A program made the position numbers and the translations under genes. The notes beneath the pieces are model-generated. The model did no database searches. It saw only the letters and a program-made list of their open reading frames with translations, and was not told the DNA's origin. From sequence record SRR31156797_1198: a DNA stretch of 64,000 bases; one strand, 5' to 3'. This document shows, piece by piece, positions 12,420 to 21,059 of the stretch. Position 1 is the stretch's first letter, and every line of letters begins with the position of its first letter.

Positions 12420-13520
12420 TTATACGTTAAAACGGAACAACATCACGTCGCCATCTTGCACGACATAATCTTTTCCTTCCAAACGTACCCGACCGGCTTC
12501 TTTGGCCGCTTGCATCGTGCCGTATTGGTTCAGATCTTCAAAGGAAACAGTTTCCGCACGAATAAAGCCGCGCTCAAAGTCCGTATGGATGATCCCCGCT
12601 GCTTGCGGTGCTTTGATGCCTTTACGGAACGTCCACGCACGCACTTCTTGTTCACCAGCGGTAAAGTACGTTGCTAGACCCAGCAAATCATAGGCGGCAC
12701 GAATCAATTGATCCAACCCTGATTCTTCAATTCCTAATGCTTCTAAAAACTCTGCTTTGTCTTCTTCTTCCAGCTCAGCGATCTCTTCTTCAGCACGAGC
12801 ACTGATGACGATCACTTCCGCATTTTCGCTTGCTGCAAATTCTTTCACTTTGTTGACATAGTCATTGGTTTCATAGTCTGCCACGTCTTCTTCTGCTACG
12901 TTGGCAACGTATAAGACTGGTTTGGTCGTTAGTAAAAACAAACTTTTGACGATGCGCTGTTCTTCATCTGTAAATTCGATCGAACGAGCAGAGATCCCTT
13001 CTTCTAAGACCGGTTTGATCTTATCAAGAACGGCCAGTTCCGCAACTGCATCTTTGTCTTTGGTTTTGGCAATTTTTGCGACCCGAGTATAGCGCTTGTT
13101 GACGGATTCTAAATCCGCTAAAACCAACTCCAAATTGATGGTTTCGATATCAGCTAATGGGTCCACGCGGCCTTCCACGTGGGTGATGTTGTCATCGTCG
13201 AAACAACGAACGACATGACAGATCGCATCCACTTGGCGGATATGGCTCAAAAATTGGTTCCCTAATCCTTCCCCTTTGCTGGCACCGCGGACGATTCCGG
13301 CAATATCCGTAAATTCAAAGGTGGTTGGGACCGTCTTTTTCGGATGGACTAATTCTGTTAAACGCTGTAAGCGCCAATCTGGCACTTCCACCATTCCTAC
13401 ATTCGGATCGATCGTCGCAAACGGGTAGTTTGCGGCTTCTGCTCCTGCTTTGGTTATTGCATTAAATAAAGTAGATTTGCCCACATTTGGCAATCCAACG
13501 ATTCCGGCAGTTAACGCCAT
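12420..13520 (-). CDS. ychF: Redox-regulated ATPase YchF
   Basis: [30 protein letters not shown] domain. Confidence 0.97.
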   Translation of the reverse strand: MALTAGIVGLPNVGKSTLFNAITKAGAEAANYPFATIDPNVGMVEVPDWRLQRLTELVHPKKTVPTTFEFTDIAGIVRGASKGEGLGNQFLSHIRQVDAICHVVRCFDDDNITHVEGRVDPLADIETINLELVLADLESVNKRYTRVAKIAKTKDKDAVAELAVLDKIKPVLEEGISARSIEFTDEEQRIVKSLFLLTTKPVLYVANVAEEDVADYETNDYVNKVKEFAASENAEVIVISARAEEEIAELEEEDKAEFLEALGIEESGLDQLIRAAYDLLGLATYFTAGEQEVRAWTFRKGIKAPQAAGIIHTDFERGFIRAETVSFEDLNQYGTMQAAKEAGRVRLEGKDYVVQDGDVMLFRFNV

Positions 13521-13528
13521 GCTTCACT

Positions 13529-13717
13529 TCACTCTTTCTCTTTTTTTTCTAGGATTTTCTTCATCTTTTTATCAAATTCTCGGCGCGTCATCATGACGAT
13601 GTGGCCGCAATTCGTACACTTTATTTTGATGTCTGCCCCCATGCGGATGATTTCCCAACGATTGGCTTTGCAGGCATGCGGTTTTTTCATTTCGACAATA
13701 TCCCCAAGATCATACAT
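13529..13717 (-). CDS. DUF951 (YyzM-like) protein
   Basis: MKKPHAC..WEIIRMGADIKIKCTNC; GAGG before MYDLG start. Confidence 0.85.
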   Translation of the reverse strand: MYDLGDIVEMKKPHACKANRWEIIRMGADIKIKCTNCGHIVMMTRREFDKKMKKILEKKEKE

Positions 13718-13727
13718 CTTTATCACC

Positions 13728-14618
13728 TCAAGCTTCATCAAATTGAATGTTCAATAAATCTAAAATACGGGTTAAATCTTTTTGTGACAGGTATTCGATC
13801 TCGATTTTTCCTTTGCCTTCTTTTTCGCGGATCTCGACATTCGTGCCGAATTTATCCATCAACCGTTCTTCGCTTTCTCGTAAATAGTACGGTTTTTCCC
13901 GAATCAGACGCGGCACTTTTTTCTTTTCGTTTTTCGTGTCGTTCATCTCAGCGACCATTTGTTCTAATTGGCGGACTGTCAGATTTTCTTTGACACAACG
14001 ATTGGCTAATTTTAAGATCTGTTCTTTGTTTTTCAAGCCTAATAATGTCCGGGCTTGCCCCATAGACAAACGGTCATCTTGAACCATTTCTTTGACGAGT
14101 TTCGGCAAGGACAGTAACCGCAAATAATTGGCGATATACGGGCGGCTTTTCCCTAAACGTTCAGCGACTTGTGCTTGGGTCAATTTCAAGTTCTTCATCA
14201 GCATGTCATAGGCTTCTGCTTCTTCTAAAGGATTCAAATCTTCCCGCTGCAAGTTTTCTAAAACGGCGACTTGCATCATCGCTTCTTCATCAAAATTGCG
14301 GATGATGGCTGGGATCGTTTCCTTGCCAGCTAATTTGGACGCTCGAAACCGGCGTTCACCAGCAATGATCTCATAGCCTTTGACGGATGATTGCCGCACG
14401 ATGATCGGTTGAAAGACCCCCGAATGCTGGATCGAATTGGCCAGTTCTTGTAATGAAAGCTCATCAAAGGTTTTTCGCGGTTGATAAGGGTTGGGTCTTA
14501 ATTCGTTTAAAGGCAGTTCAACGACTTTTTCTGTCTTGATATCGACTTCTTCTAACCCTTGCAGGTCTTGAAACAACGCATCGATCCCACGCCCTAATCC
14601 TTTCCCTTTATTCTTCAC
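13728..14618 (-). CDS. parB: Chromosome partition protein ParB/Spo0J
   Basis: GLGRGIDAL, NPYQPRK, IIAGERRFRA, ENLQREDL, HTH. Confidence 0.96.
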   Translation of the reverse strand: MKNKGKGLGRGIDALFQDLQGLEEVDIKTEKVVELPLNELRPNPYQPRKTFDELSLQELANSIQHSGVFQPIIVRQSSVKGYEIIAGERRFRASKLAGKETIPAIIRNFDEEAMMQVAVLENLQREDLNPLEEAEAYDMLMKNLKLTQAQVAERLGKSRPYIANYLRLLSLPKLVKEMVQDDRLSMGQARTLLGLKNKEQILKLANRCVKENLTVRQLEQMVAEMNDTKNEKKKVPRLIREKPYYLRESEERLMDKFGTNVEIREKEGKGKIEIEYLSQKDLTRILDLLNIQFDEA

Positions 14619-15372
14619 GGGCTAACACTTCCTTTGCTAACGTCTGATAGACTTCGGCTCCTTTTGAGCGTGGATCATAATCAATGATCGACAATCCATG
14701 ACTAGGTGCTTCAGACAACCGGATATTCCGCGGAATAATGGTTTCATATACTTTTTCTTGGAAATAGCGGCGGACTTCTTCCACGACTTCCGCGCCTAAG
14801 TTCGTGCGGGCATCATACATCGTCAGTAAGACCCCTTCGATCTCTAACTCAGGGTTAAAATGTTTTTGTACTAAACGCACGGTATTCAATAGTTGGCTCA
14901 GCCCTTCTAATGCATAGTACTCACATTGGACTGGGATCAAAATCGAATCACTGGCGGTAAAGGCATTGATCGTCAAATGACCTAAAGATGGCGGGCAATC
15001 GATAAAGATATAATCGTATTGTTCTTTGATTTCATTCAAAGCCGATTTCAATCGAGATTCCCGTGCCATCATGGAGGTCAATTCAATTTCCGCACCAGCT
15101 AATTGGATCGTCGCTGGAACGATATCCAAGTTTTCTCGGCTGCTAGGTAAAATCGCTTCAACGATCGGTGTTTCATTGACTAATACATCATAGATGTCTT
15201 GTTCCACATCTGGTTTGCGAATGCCGACACCGCTTGTGGCGTTGCCTTGGGCATCAATATCTACGAGTAACACTTTTTTGCCGACAAATGCTAAGGACGC
15301 ACCTAGGTTCACCGTTGTGGTGGTTTTGCCTACGCCGCCTTTTTGGTTTGCAACAGAAATAATACGGGCCAT
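14608..15372 (-). CDS. parA: ParA/Soj ATPase
   Basis: NQKGGVGKTTT, IDCPPSLG, PVQCEYYALEG. Confidence 0.96.
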   Translation of the reverse strand: MARIISVANQKGGVGKTTTTVNLGASLAFVGKKVLLVDIDAQGNATSGVGIRKPDVEQDIYDVLVNETPIVEAILPSSRENLDIVPATIQLAGAEIELTSMMARESRLKSALNEIKEQYDYIFIDCPPSLGHLTINAFTASDSILIPVQCEYYALEGLSQLLNTVRLVQKHFNPELEIEGVLLTMYDARTNLGAEVVEEVRRYFQEKVYETIIPRNIRLSEAPSHGLSIIDYDPRSKGAEVYQTLAKEVLAREE

Positions 15373-15383
15373 TGATTTTCCTC

Positions 15384-16100
15384 CTATTTAATTGGTTGTT
15401 TCGCTGGCATTCCCGGTTTGCGGGGGTATTTCTTTGGCGTTTCTTTTTTCTTTTGAATGATCAAAAGATGGCGTTCATCGCCGCTGACCGGTAAGGTAAA
15501 GCTTTTTTCTTCAATAAATTTGCCGCCTAAGAGTGAGATCGCTGGTTTGGCTTCAACCAGTTCTTCCTCGCTTTTGGCAGCTTTGAGCGCATAAAAATAG
15601 CCTGCTTTTTTCACCAATGGCACACAGAGTTCCGTTAACACATTCAAACGGGCAACCGCTCGAGCGGTCACATAATCGAATTGCCCACGAAATTGCGGGT
15701 TTTGACCAAATGTTTCTGCACGGTCATGGTACAAGTGGACATTTTCCAATTGTAGATCCGTCACAAGAGTTTGTAAAAAGGTGATGCGCTTATTTAAAGA
15801 GTCGACGATCGTCACTTCTAGTTCAGGAAACACGATTTTTAGTGGAATACTTGGAAAGCCAGCACCTGAACCGACATCGCACAAATGACTTTGCGGGTCA
15901 AAGGCGGTTTCAAAAGCTAAGGAAACAGAATCGTAGAAATGCTTTAAATACACTTCTGATTTTTCCGTGATTGCGGTTAGATTCATCTTCTGATTCCATT
16001 CGACTAAACGCTCGAAATAGACAGCGAATTTTTCCATTTGTTCTTCAGTTAAAACGATCCCGTTTTTGCGTAATTCTTCATGAAATTCTTCAGGTAGCAT
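15384..16100 (-). CDS. rsmG: 16S rRNA m7G527 methyltransferase
   Basis: [30 protein letters not shown]. Confidence 0.96.
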   Translation of the reverse strand: MLPEEFHEELRKNGIVLTEEQMEKFAVYFERLVEWNQKMNLTAITEKSEVYLKHFYDSVSLAFETAFDPQSHLCDVGSGAGFPSIPLKIVFPELEVTIVDSLNKRITFLQTLVTDLQLENVHLYHDRAETFGQNPQFRGQFDYVTARAVARLNVLTELCVPLVKKAGYFYALKAAKSEEELVEAKPAISLLGGKFIEEKSFTLPVSGDERHLLIIQKKKETPKKYPRKPGMPAKQPIK

Positions 16101-16153
16101 AACGAATCCTTTCTATTTTGTGAAACAGAAAAATGTTTCACAGACTAGTTCCT

Positions 16154-16182
16154 ACTTTAACGCAAAAAGCAGTGTGATGCAA
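16154..16182 (-). promoter_or_regulatory. Sigma-A promoter of rsmG-parA-parB
   Basis: TTGCAT-17 nt-TAAAGT on minus strand. Confidence 0.55.
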
Positions 16183-16230
16183 TAGCCAGAGATTGCTTTC
16201 TAGGAGAATTTACCATTTTTTAACTGGGGC

Positions 16231-16263
16231 TTTAAGGTTGGTTTAAGGCATAGAAATTATACT
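16231..16263 (+). promoter_or_regulatory. OmpR-family direct-repeat (CiaR-box-like) activated promoter
   Basis: TTTAAG-GTTGG-TTTAAG (16231-16247), 10 nt, then TATACT (16258-16263). Confidence 0.65.
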
Positions 16264-16269
16264 CATTTC

Positions 16270-16336
16270 AATCCAAAAAACTTTTTTCATTTTTCCTTGA
16301 CCAGCAAGGCTGCCAACCCTGCTGGTCAGCTTTTTT
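16270..16336 (+). ncRNA. Candidate csRNA-like small RNA (~67 nt)
   Basis: Follows that promoter; AATCCAAAAAACTTTTTTCATTTTTCCTT then terminator TGACCAGCA/TGCTGGTCA plus T6; no ORF on this strand. Confidence 0.6.
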
Positions 16337-16343
16337 CTCAAAG

Positions 16344-16378
16344 AAACAAGCATTGATCTCAGGATCAATGCTTGTTTT
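16344..16378 (-). terminator. Terminator of Asp23/Gls24 operon
   Basis: AAACAAGCATTGATC/GATCAATGCTTGTTT. Confidence 0.75.
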
Positions 16379-16394
16379 TGTTTCATATGAAACT
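16379..16394. promoter_or_regulatory. parS-like site
   Basis: TGTTTCATATGAAACT, 13/16, palindromic core. Confidence 0.55.
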
Positions 16395-16397
16395 TTT

Positions 16398-17168
16398 TTA
16401 TTTCACGCGAGGTTCGTTGTATTCTTCGATACGATCAGACGCGCGGGAAGCCGCATGTTTGGCTTTGTTGGTTTGACGTGAAGCAAAGTTGCCGGTTTTA
16501 GATGCAGCTGACGATACTTTGTCTTGAACCGTTTCTTGTTCCTCTTCGTATTCAGCGATTGTTTTCACATCCACAACGTTGATGTTGACTTCGATCACTT
16601 CTAATTGGGTCATTGTCGTTACTTCTTTTTGAATGACTTCTTTGACTTGTTCAGCGATTTCTGGGATGTTGCGGTCGTATTCAACCACGATATCTAAATC
16701 AACGGCTACTTGTTTTTTCCCAACTTCAGTATTGATACCGGCAGTCACATTATCTGTATTAACTAATTTTTCAGCAATATTAGAGAAGAAACCACCATCG
16801 ACCGTCAACAAGCCATCTACATTTTCTAATGCAATTCCGATAATTTTTTGGATCACTTTGTCATCATAGGTCAATGAACCATGAACGGGTGCTTCCCCGG
16901 TTGGTCCTTCAAAATCGTTGTGGCCAGGTTTTGGCGGTGCTGGATGATGTCCGGCTGGATCTGGATTTCCTGGTGCTGGATGATCCCCTGGTTTTGGTCC
17001 ATTTTGTTGTCCTGCTACTGCTTTTTCAGCATTTGGTACCACTGGATCAGGTGATTCAGTCATTGGAATCGCATTTTCATTGGCTTGATGATTGGTGTTG
17101 GGAACCACTGGATCTGGATGTGCACTGACATTTTTTTCATTGTTTAATTCGTTTTTATCGTTATTCAT
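16398..17168 (-). CDS. Asp23/Gls24 family stress protein with Pro-rich N-terminal extension (Gls33-like)
   Basis: LTYDDKVIQKIIG, EVGKKQVAVDLDIVVEY, EVNINVVDV. Confidence 0.9.
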   Translation of the reverse strand: MNNDKNELNNEKNVSAHPDPVVPNTNHQANENAIPMTESPDPVVPNAEKAVAGQQNGPKPGDHPAPGNPDPAGHHPAPPKPGHNDFEGPTGEAPVHGSLTYDDKVIQKIIGIALENVDGLLTVDGGFFSNIAEKLVNTDNVTAGINTEVGKKQVAVDLDIVVEYDRNIPEIAEQVKEVIQKEVTTMTQLEVIEVNINVVDVKTIAEYEEEQETVQDKVSSAASKTGNFASRQTNKAKHAASRASDRIEEYNEPRVK

Positions 17169-17192
17169 TAAAAATTCCTCCTATAAAATACG

Positions 17193-17384
17193 TTATTGTT
17201 GGTTAAAAAATTCGTCGATGATACCAGTACGTTGGAGATACAATCCTAGCGCAAAACCCAAACCTGTTAGGAGTAGAATCAGCAATGTTTTGAAAAAACC
17301 GATCGTTACAAACAACACAGCCAGAACAAGGCCGATTGCTCCAAAAATCAATGGGATTTTGTATTGTTGTAGTTCGTTCATCAT
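17193..17384 (-). CDS. Small membrane protein, DUF2273-like
   Basis: 63 aa, two TM, TIGFFKT motif; between amaP-like and asp23-like genes. Confidence 0.8.
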   Translation of the reverse strand: MMNELQQYKIPLIFGAIGLVLAVLFVTIGFFKTLLILLLTGLGFALGLYLQRTGIIDEFFNQQ

Positions 17385-17391
17385 AGCCCTC

Positions 17392-17961
17392 CTATTCTAC
17401 TCGCGGGTTTTCCGGAGTCTCATTTTGTTCAAAATTCGCGTAAGTGACTTCAACTTTGACTTTTTCACTTGAGCCAAGCACTCGTTGGACATCTTGTTGG
17501 ATTTCCGCCATTAAGTTTTCGGTTTTGCCAACTAAGGCAGACGTCCGTTTCAAGCGGCCTTTGATTTTGATTAAAATTCGATTTTTGGTCGCCTTGACAT
17601 GAACTTTTGGTCCTTCAACAAATTCTTTTTCATTTACTTTCGTACGTACAAGTCCTTCGATCGCTTTCTTATCGATCGTCAATGCGCCCTTATCCTCTTT
17701 CAAAACAAAGGTTGTTTTAGTTTTTGGATAAAACAGCACGACTAAGATCACGATCAAGAATACGGCGATCAAAACAACGGCTACCCAAAACATATATTGA
17801 CGCATAAACAAGTTGTCAAAGAAATACGTGACGACATTGCCTCTGCTGTCCAAACCAAATGGCAGCTGCATGTAAGGATTACTCATTAAAACGATTGGTA
17901 ATAAGACAGTGATAAAGATCAACGAAACGATGATTGATACGATTTTCCACCCTTTACTCAT
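17392..17961 (-). CDS. amaP: Alkaline shock response membrane anchor AmaP-like
   Basis: Two N-terminal TM, GALTIDKKAIEG, C-terminal PRVE; operon context. Confidence 0.75.
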   Translation of the reverse strand: MSKGWKIVSIIVSLIFITVLLPIVLMSNPYMQLPFGLDSRGNVVTYFFDNLFMRQYMFWVAVVLIAVFLIVILVVLFYPKTKTTFVLKEDKGALTIDKKAIEGLVRTKVNEKEFVEGPKVHVKATKNRILIKIKGRLKRTSALVGKTENLMAEIQQDVQRVLGSSEKVKVEVTYANFEQNETPENPRVE

Positions 17962-17999
17962 AGGACACCTCCTCCTTTTTCTCCGATTTTTTGATAAGC

Positions 18000-18893
18000 T
18001 TACAAGTTGATGGCTTCTCCGCCGGTAACACCATAAATCTGTGCTGTCACATAGCTAGCTTTATTGGAAGCTAAAAAGACATAGACGGGTGCGAGCTCAG
18101 CTGGTTGTCCTGCCCGCTCCAGTAATGCTTGCTGACCAAATTCAGGCAGCTTGTCTTGCGGTTGGCCATGATCTAACTGTAATGGTGTCCAGATTGGTCC
18201 TGGGGCTACCCCATTGACCCGAATCCCTTTTTCAGCAAATTGTTTCGCCAAGCTGACTGTAAAACTGGCGATCGCCGATTTGGTTGCCGCATAATCCATT
18301 AAATGGGCGCTTGGACTAAAGGCTTGGACAGAAGTCGTTGTCACGATCGCTCCCCCAGCCGGTAAGTGTGGCTCAGCTGCTTTCACTAATGCAAACATTG
18401 AGATAATGTTTACCATAAAGGTGTCTTTCACTTGTTCAATCGGTAATTCTGCAATCGATGGCCGCGTGATTTGCTGTGCTGCGTTCAATACTAATGTATC
18501 TAACCCACCTAATGCTGCTACCGCTTTGTCAACGATCTCTTGTGGTGCCGCTTCGTCTCGCAGGTCATAGGGTAGCAAAATCACTTTGCGTCCGGCTTCT
18601 TTGATGTACCCTGCAACTTCTTCGGCATCTTCTTCTTCTCCTGGGAAAAAGTGCAGGGCAATGTCTGCTCCTTCACGAGCGAAGGCAATCGCTGCTGCTC
18701 GTCCGATCCCAGAATCCCCACCGGTAATCAGTACCCGCCGGTTTTCTAACTGCTGACTTCCCTCATAAGAGTCTTCACCACAATCAGGTTTTGGTCGCAT
18801 TTCTTCTTGTAAAGCAGGCGTATCTTGTTCCTGTTTGCTGTATTTACCCGTGTGATAAAGTTCCCGTGGATCAGTCAAAATAGGTTCACTCAT
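18000..18893 (-). CDS. SDR oxidoreductase (YghA/YdaD general stress type)
   Basis: PDCGEDSYEGS, TGGDSGIG, YAATK, PGPIWTPL; AGGAGG before ATG 18893. Confidence 0.9.
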   Translation of the reverse strand: MSEPILTDPRELYHTGKYSKQEQDTPALQEEMRPKPDCGEDSYEGSQQLENRRVLITGGDSGIGRAAAIAFAREGADIALHFFPGEEEDAEEVAGYIKEAGRKVILLPYDLRDEAAPQEIVDKAVAALGGLDTLVLNAAQQITRPSIAELPIEQVKDTFMVNIISMFALVKAAEPHLPAGGAIVTTTSVQAFSPSAHLMDYAATKSAIASFTVSLAKQFAEKGIRVNGVAPGPIWTPLQLDHGQPQDKLPEFGQQALLERAGQPAELAPVYVFLASNKASYVTAQIYGVTGGEAINL

Positions 18894-19149
18894 TCTTACG
18901 TCCTCCTTTTCTCTATAATAAAATTCTAAACCATTCATTTTTTTTTGGGAAATATAACGCTTTGTTAACAAAAATAAATCCTCGTTTATTAGAAAATGAA
19001 AAAAGAAAGTGCCCTCATTTTTGACCAGAAAGCAAATGATTTCACTTTTTTATAGAAGGGGGTAAACTAATAAGTAATATCTGGTGGTGCCTGTAAAAAG
19101 GAACCCCTAGGAAAATGACTTTGGATCAAGAAAAAGGAGGAACCAAACA

Positions 19150-19602
19150 ATGCCTTGGAATGTCCGTGATTATCCTGCGTCAATGAAGAATCTAGACCCC
19201 TTAGTTCGTAAAAAAGCGATCGATATCGCCAATGCCCTGCTAGCCGATGGCTATTCCGATGATCGGGCGATCCCGATCGCCACGAGTCAAGCAGAAAAAT
19301 GGTATGACAATGCAGATGAAGAGGAGAAGAAAGCTTTTCAGAAAGAGAAAAATCCGCAAAAAGACGATTCCCATCAAACCAATAAAAATGCGAAAAAATT
19401 AATGAATGCGGATGTTGAAGTTGTGTATGAAGAGGACCAATGGCAAGTCCGTTCCAAAGGAGCAAAACGTGCCAGTGATCATTTCGACAATAAAGCAGAG
19501 GCCATCGCCCGTGCCAAAGAAATTGCCGAAAACAAAGAATCCGTGGTGAACGTTTATAAAAAAGATGGTGACCATCAAAAGGATATTGATTTAGGAGAAT
19601 AA
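19150..19602 (+). CDS. DUF2188 (YdaT-like) protein
   Basis: MPWNVRDYPASMKNL..KKAIDIANALL; C-terminal WQVRSKGAKRAS..KAEAIARA. Confidence 0.82.
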   Translation: MPWNVRDYPASMKNLDPLVRKKAIDIANALLADGYSDDRAIPIATSQAEKWYDNADEEEKKAFQKEKNPQKDDSHQTNKNAKKLMNADVEVVYEEDQWQVRSKGAKRASDHFDNKAEAIARAKEIAENKESVVNVYKKDGDHQKDIDLGE

Positions 19603-19612
19603 AATTGGCCGC

Positions 19613-19683
19613 AAAAAAGCGGAAGGAGGTCTTACGTTTGTCGTTTTAACGGCGCGAAACGTTACCTTCTCTTTCGCTTTTTT
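19613..19683 (+). terminator. Long terminator hairpin after DUF2188 gene
   Basis: AAAAAAGCG..GGAGGT/ACCTTC..CGCTTTTTT. Confidence 0.6.
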
Positions 19684-19960
19684 GTTTCCTTTTACAGCTA
19701 GGTTTGGTTAAAACTAAAGCAACCGCTTCTTTAACGTTTCTTTTAAAAAGCAACGTTTCATTGTCAGAAACCTAAAAAACGAAGACCTTTTGAATGAACC
19801 ATTACGTTTAAAATTTCTCGACACCCTAAAAAAAAGCCTATGAAATGCTGCTCTAGCAACAACTGTAAACCATCCGTTGCCGTTGCAAATTAGCTTGTGC
19901 TTTCTTTAACTAGCCAAACCTTGTATACTTAAACTATCAAAAGTACAAGGAGTGGTATTT

Positions 19961-20419
19961 GTGAAAAAATTATTTTTTGTGCCGTTTATTTTTCTTTGTT
20001 TCTTCTTTGCTCTCCCAGCTGCCGCCCAAACAGTGGAAGAACCTGAACTCGTTTACGACTTAGCATCAGATAGTCCCTATGAGCAGCTGATCACCGTAGA
20101 TGAAGAAGGCAACGAGTTGATTTTGACCATTGAAAAATTGCCGTCATTCCGGGCAAATCTGGCAGCAGGAACGTATCGCGTGTCAAAAACATCCACCGGT
20201 AATTGGACCGCTAGTTACAATGTCACGGTCAATAGCCGCAATCAATTTACAGGCACTTCGAATTTAAGTTTAGTTGCTCACAGAGGAAGTATCACTTCTA
20301 GTTCATTAACTCACACGTCCACTAAAGCCACCTGTACGTTTAAGCAAAAAGCAGGTATAATCACTACCAATGGGAGTGTCGTAACCACGATCTCAAATGG
20401 GAAGCTAGTTGTTAAATAG
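19961..20419 (+). CDS. Secreted Ser/Thr-rich hypothetical protein (possibly DUF5626-like)
   Basis: AAGGAG plus GTG start; signal peptide MKKLFF..PAAA-Q; beta-rich-looking C-terminal half. Confidence 0.7.
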   Translation: MKKLFFVPFIFLCFFFALPAAAQTVEEPELVYDLASDSPYEQLITVDEEGNELILTIEKLPSFRANLAAGTYRVSKTSTGNWTASYNVTVNSRNQFTGTSNLSLVAHRGSITSSSLTHTSTKATCTFKQKAGIITTNGSVVTTISNGKLVVK

Positions 20420-20435
20420 CAGATAGGAGCATACA

Positions 20436-20954
20436 TTGGCTTTAGCAGAACAATTAAAAAGCTGTCGCGAGTCTTCCGGATTGTCGCAAACAGCAGTCGC
20501 AGAAAAATTACAGATTTCACGCCAGTCGATTTCAAAATGGGAAAACGGGCGCGGCTATCCAGATATTGAGAATTTGATTTTGTTGAGCGATCTCTATCAA
20601 GTCTCGATTGATGAGCTCTTGCGGGAAAACGAAGCGTTAAAAGAGCGGATCGAAACCAATAATCAAGAGATTAACGACAAAAAAGAAAAATTGTCGTTAC
20701 TCCAAAGAACGATGGCAACGGAAAAAGATGAAAGTCTGCTCTTGCTACTGTTAGCTGGAATCGGCTCATTTCTCTTTCCATTAGGTTTGATTTTAGATGG
20801 CTTTGTCTTATGGCGTAACAAAAAGGCCAATAATTTTTATGTATTGATCTATATCGTCTGTGCCTTCTCAATTTTCTTGAATTTGTACGATGGCTATGTC
20901 CATCTCAGCAACATCATGAACTGGGGAACCACTACGATTGAAAAAGTTGAATAA
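20436..20954 (+). CDS. XRE-family HTH regulator with C-terminal TM segments
   Basis: LSQTAVAEKLQISRQSISKWENGRGYPD, coiled coil, hydrophobic C-terminus; TTG start after AGGAG. Confidence 0.85.
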   Translation: MALAEQLKSCRESSGLSQTAVAEKLQISRQSISKWENGRGYPDIENLILLSDLYQVSIDELLRENEALKERIETNNQEINDKKEKLSLLQRTMATEKDESLLLLLLAGIGSFLFPLGLILDGFVLWRNKKANNFYVLIYIVCAFSIFLNLYDGYVHLSNIMNWGTTTIEKVE

Positions 20955-20969
20955 TTCAATTGCTAACAC

Positions 20970-21007
20970 AAAAAGCCCGCTGCGAGTTACTCTCGTAGCG
21001 GGCTTTT
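20970..21007. terminator. Bidirectional terminator
   Basis: AAAAGCCCGCTGCGAG/CTCGTAGCGGGCTTTT. Confidence 0.75.
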
Positions 21008-21059
21008 GACACTGTATTTACCATTTATAAATTGGTTTTTCAAAGAATATTAACCGTCT

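Noticed and set aside
16243-16290. Minus-strand 15-aa ORF MKKVFWIEMSIISMP with AAGGA upstream
   Set aside because: SD-start spacing is very short, it lies downstream of the gls terminator with no promoter, and it is explained as the complement of the sRNA's anti-start tract; kept only as an alternative
19038-19065. SigB-like promoter GATTTC-N16-GGGTAA
   Set aside because: Spacer too long and -35 imperfect; TTCACT-16-TAAACT (sigma-A) fits the same bases
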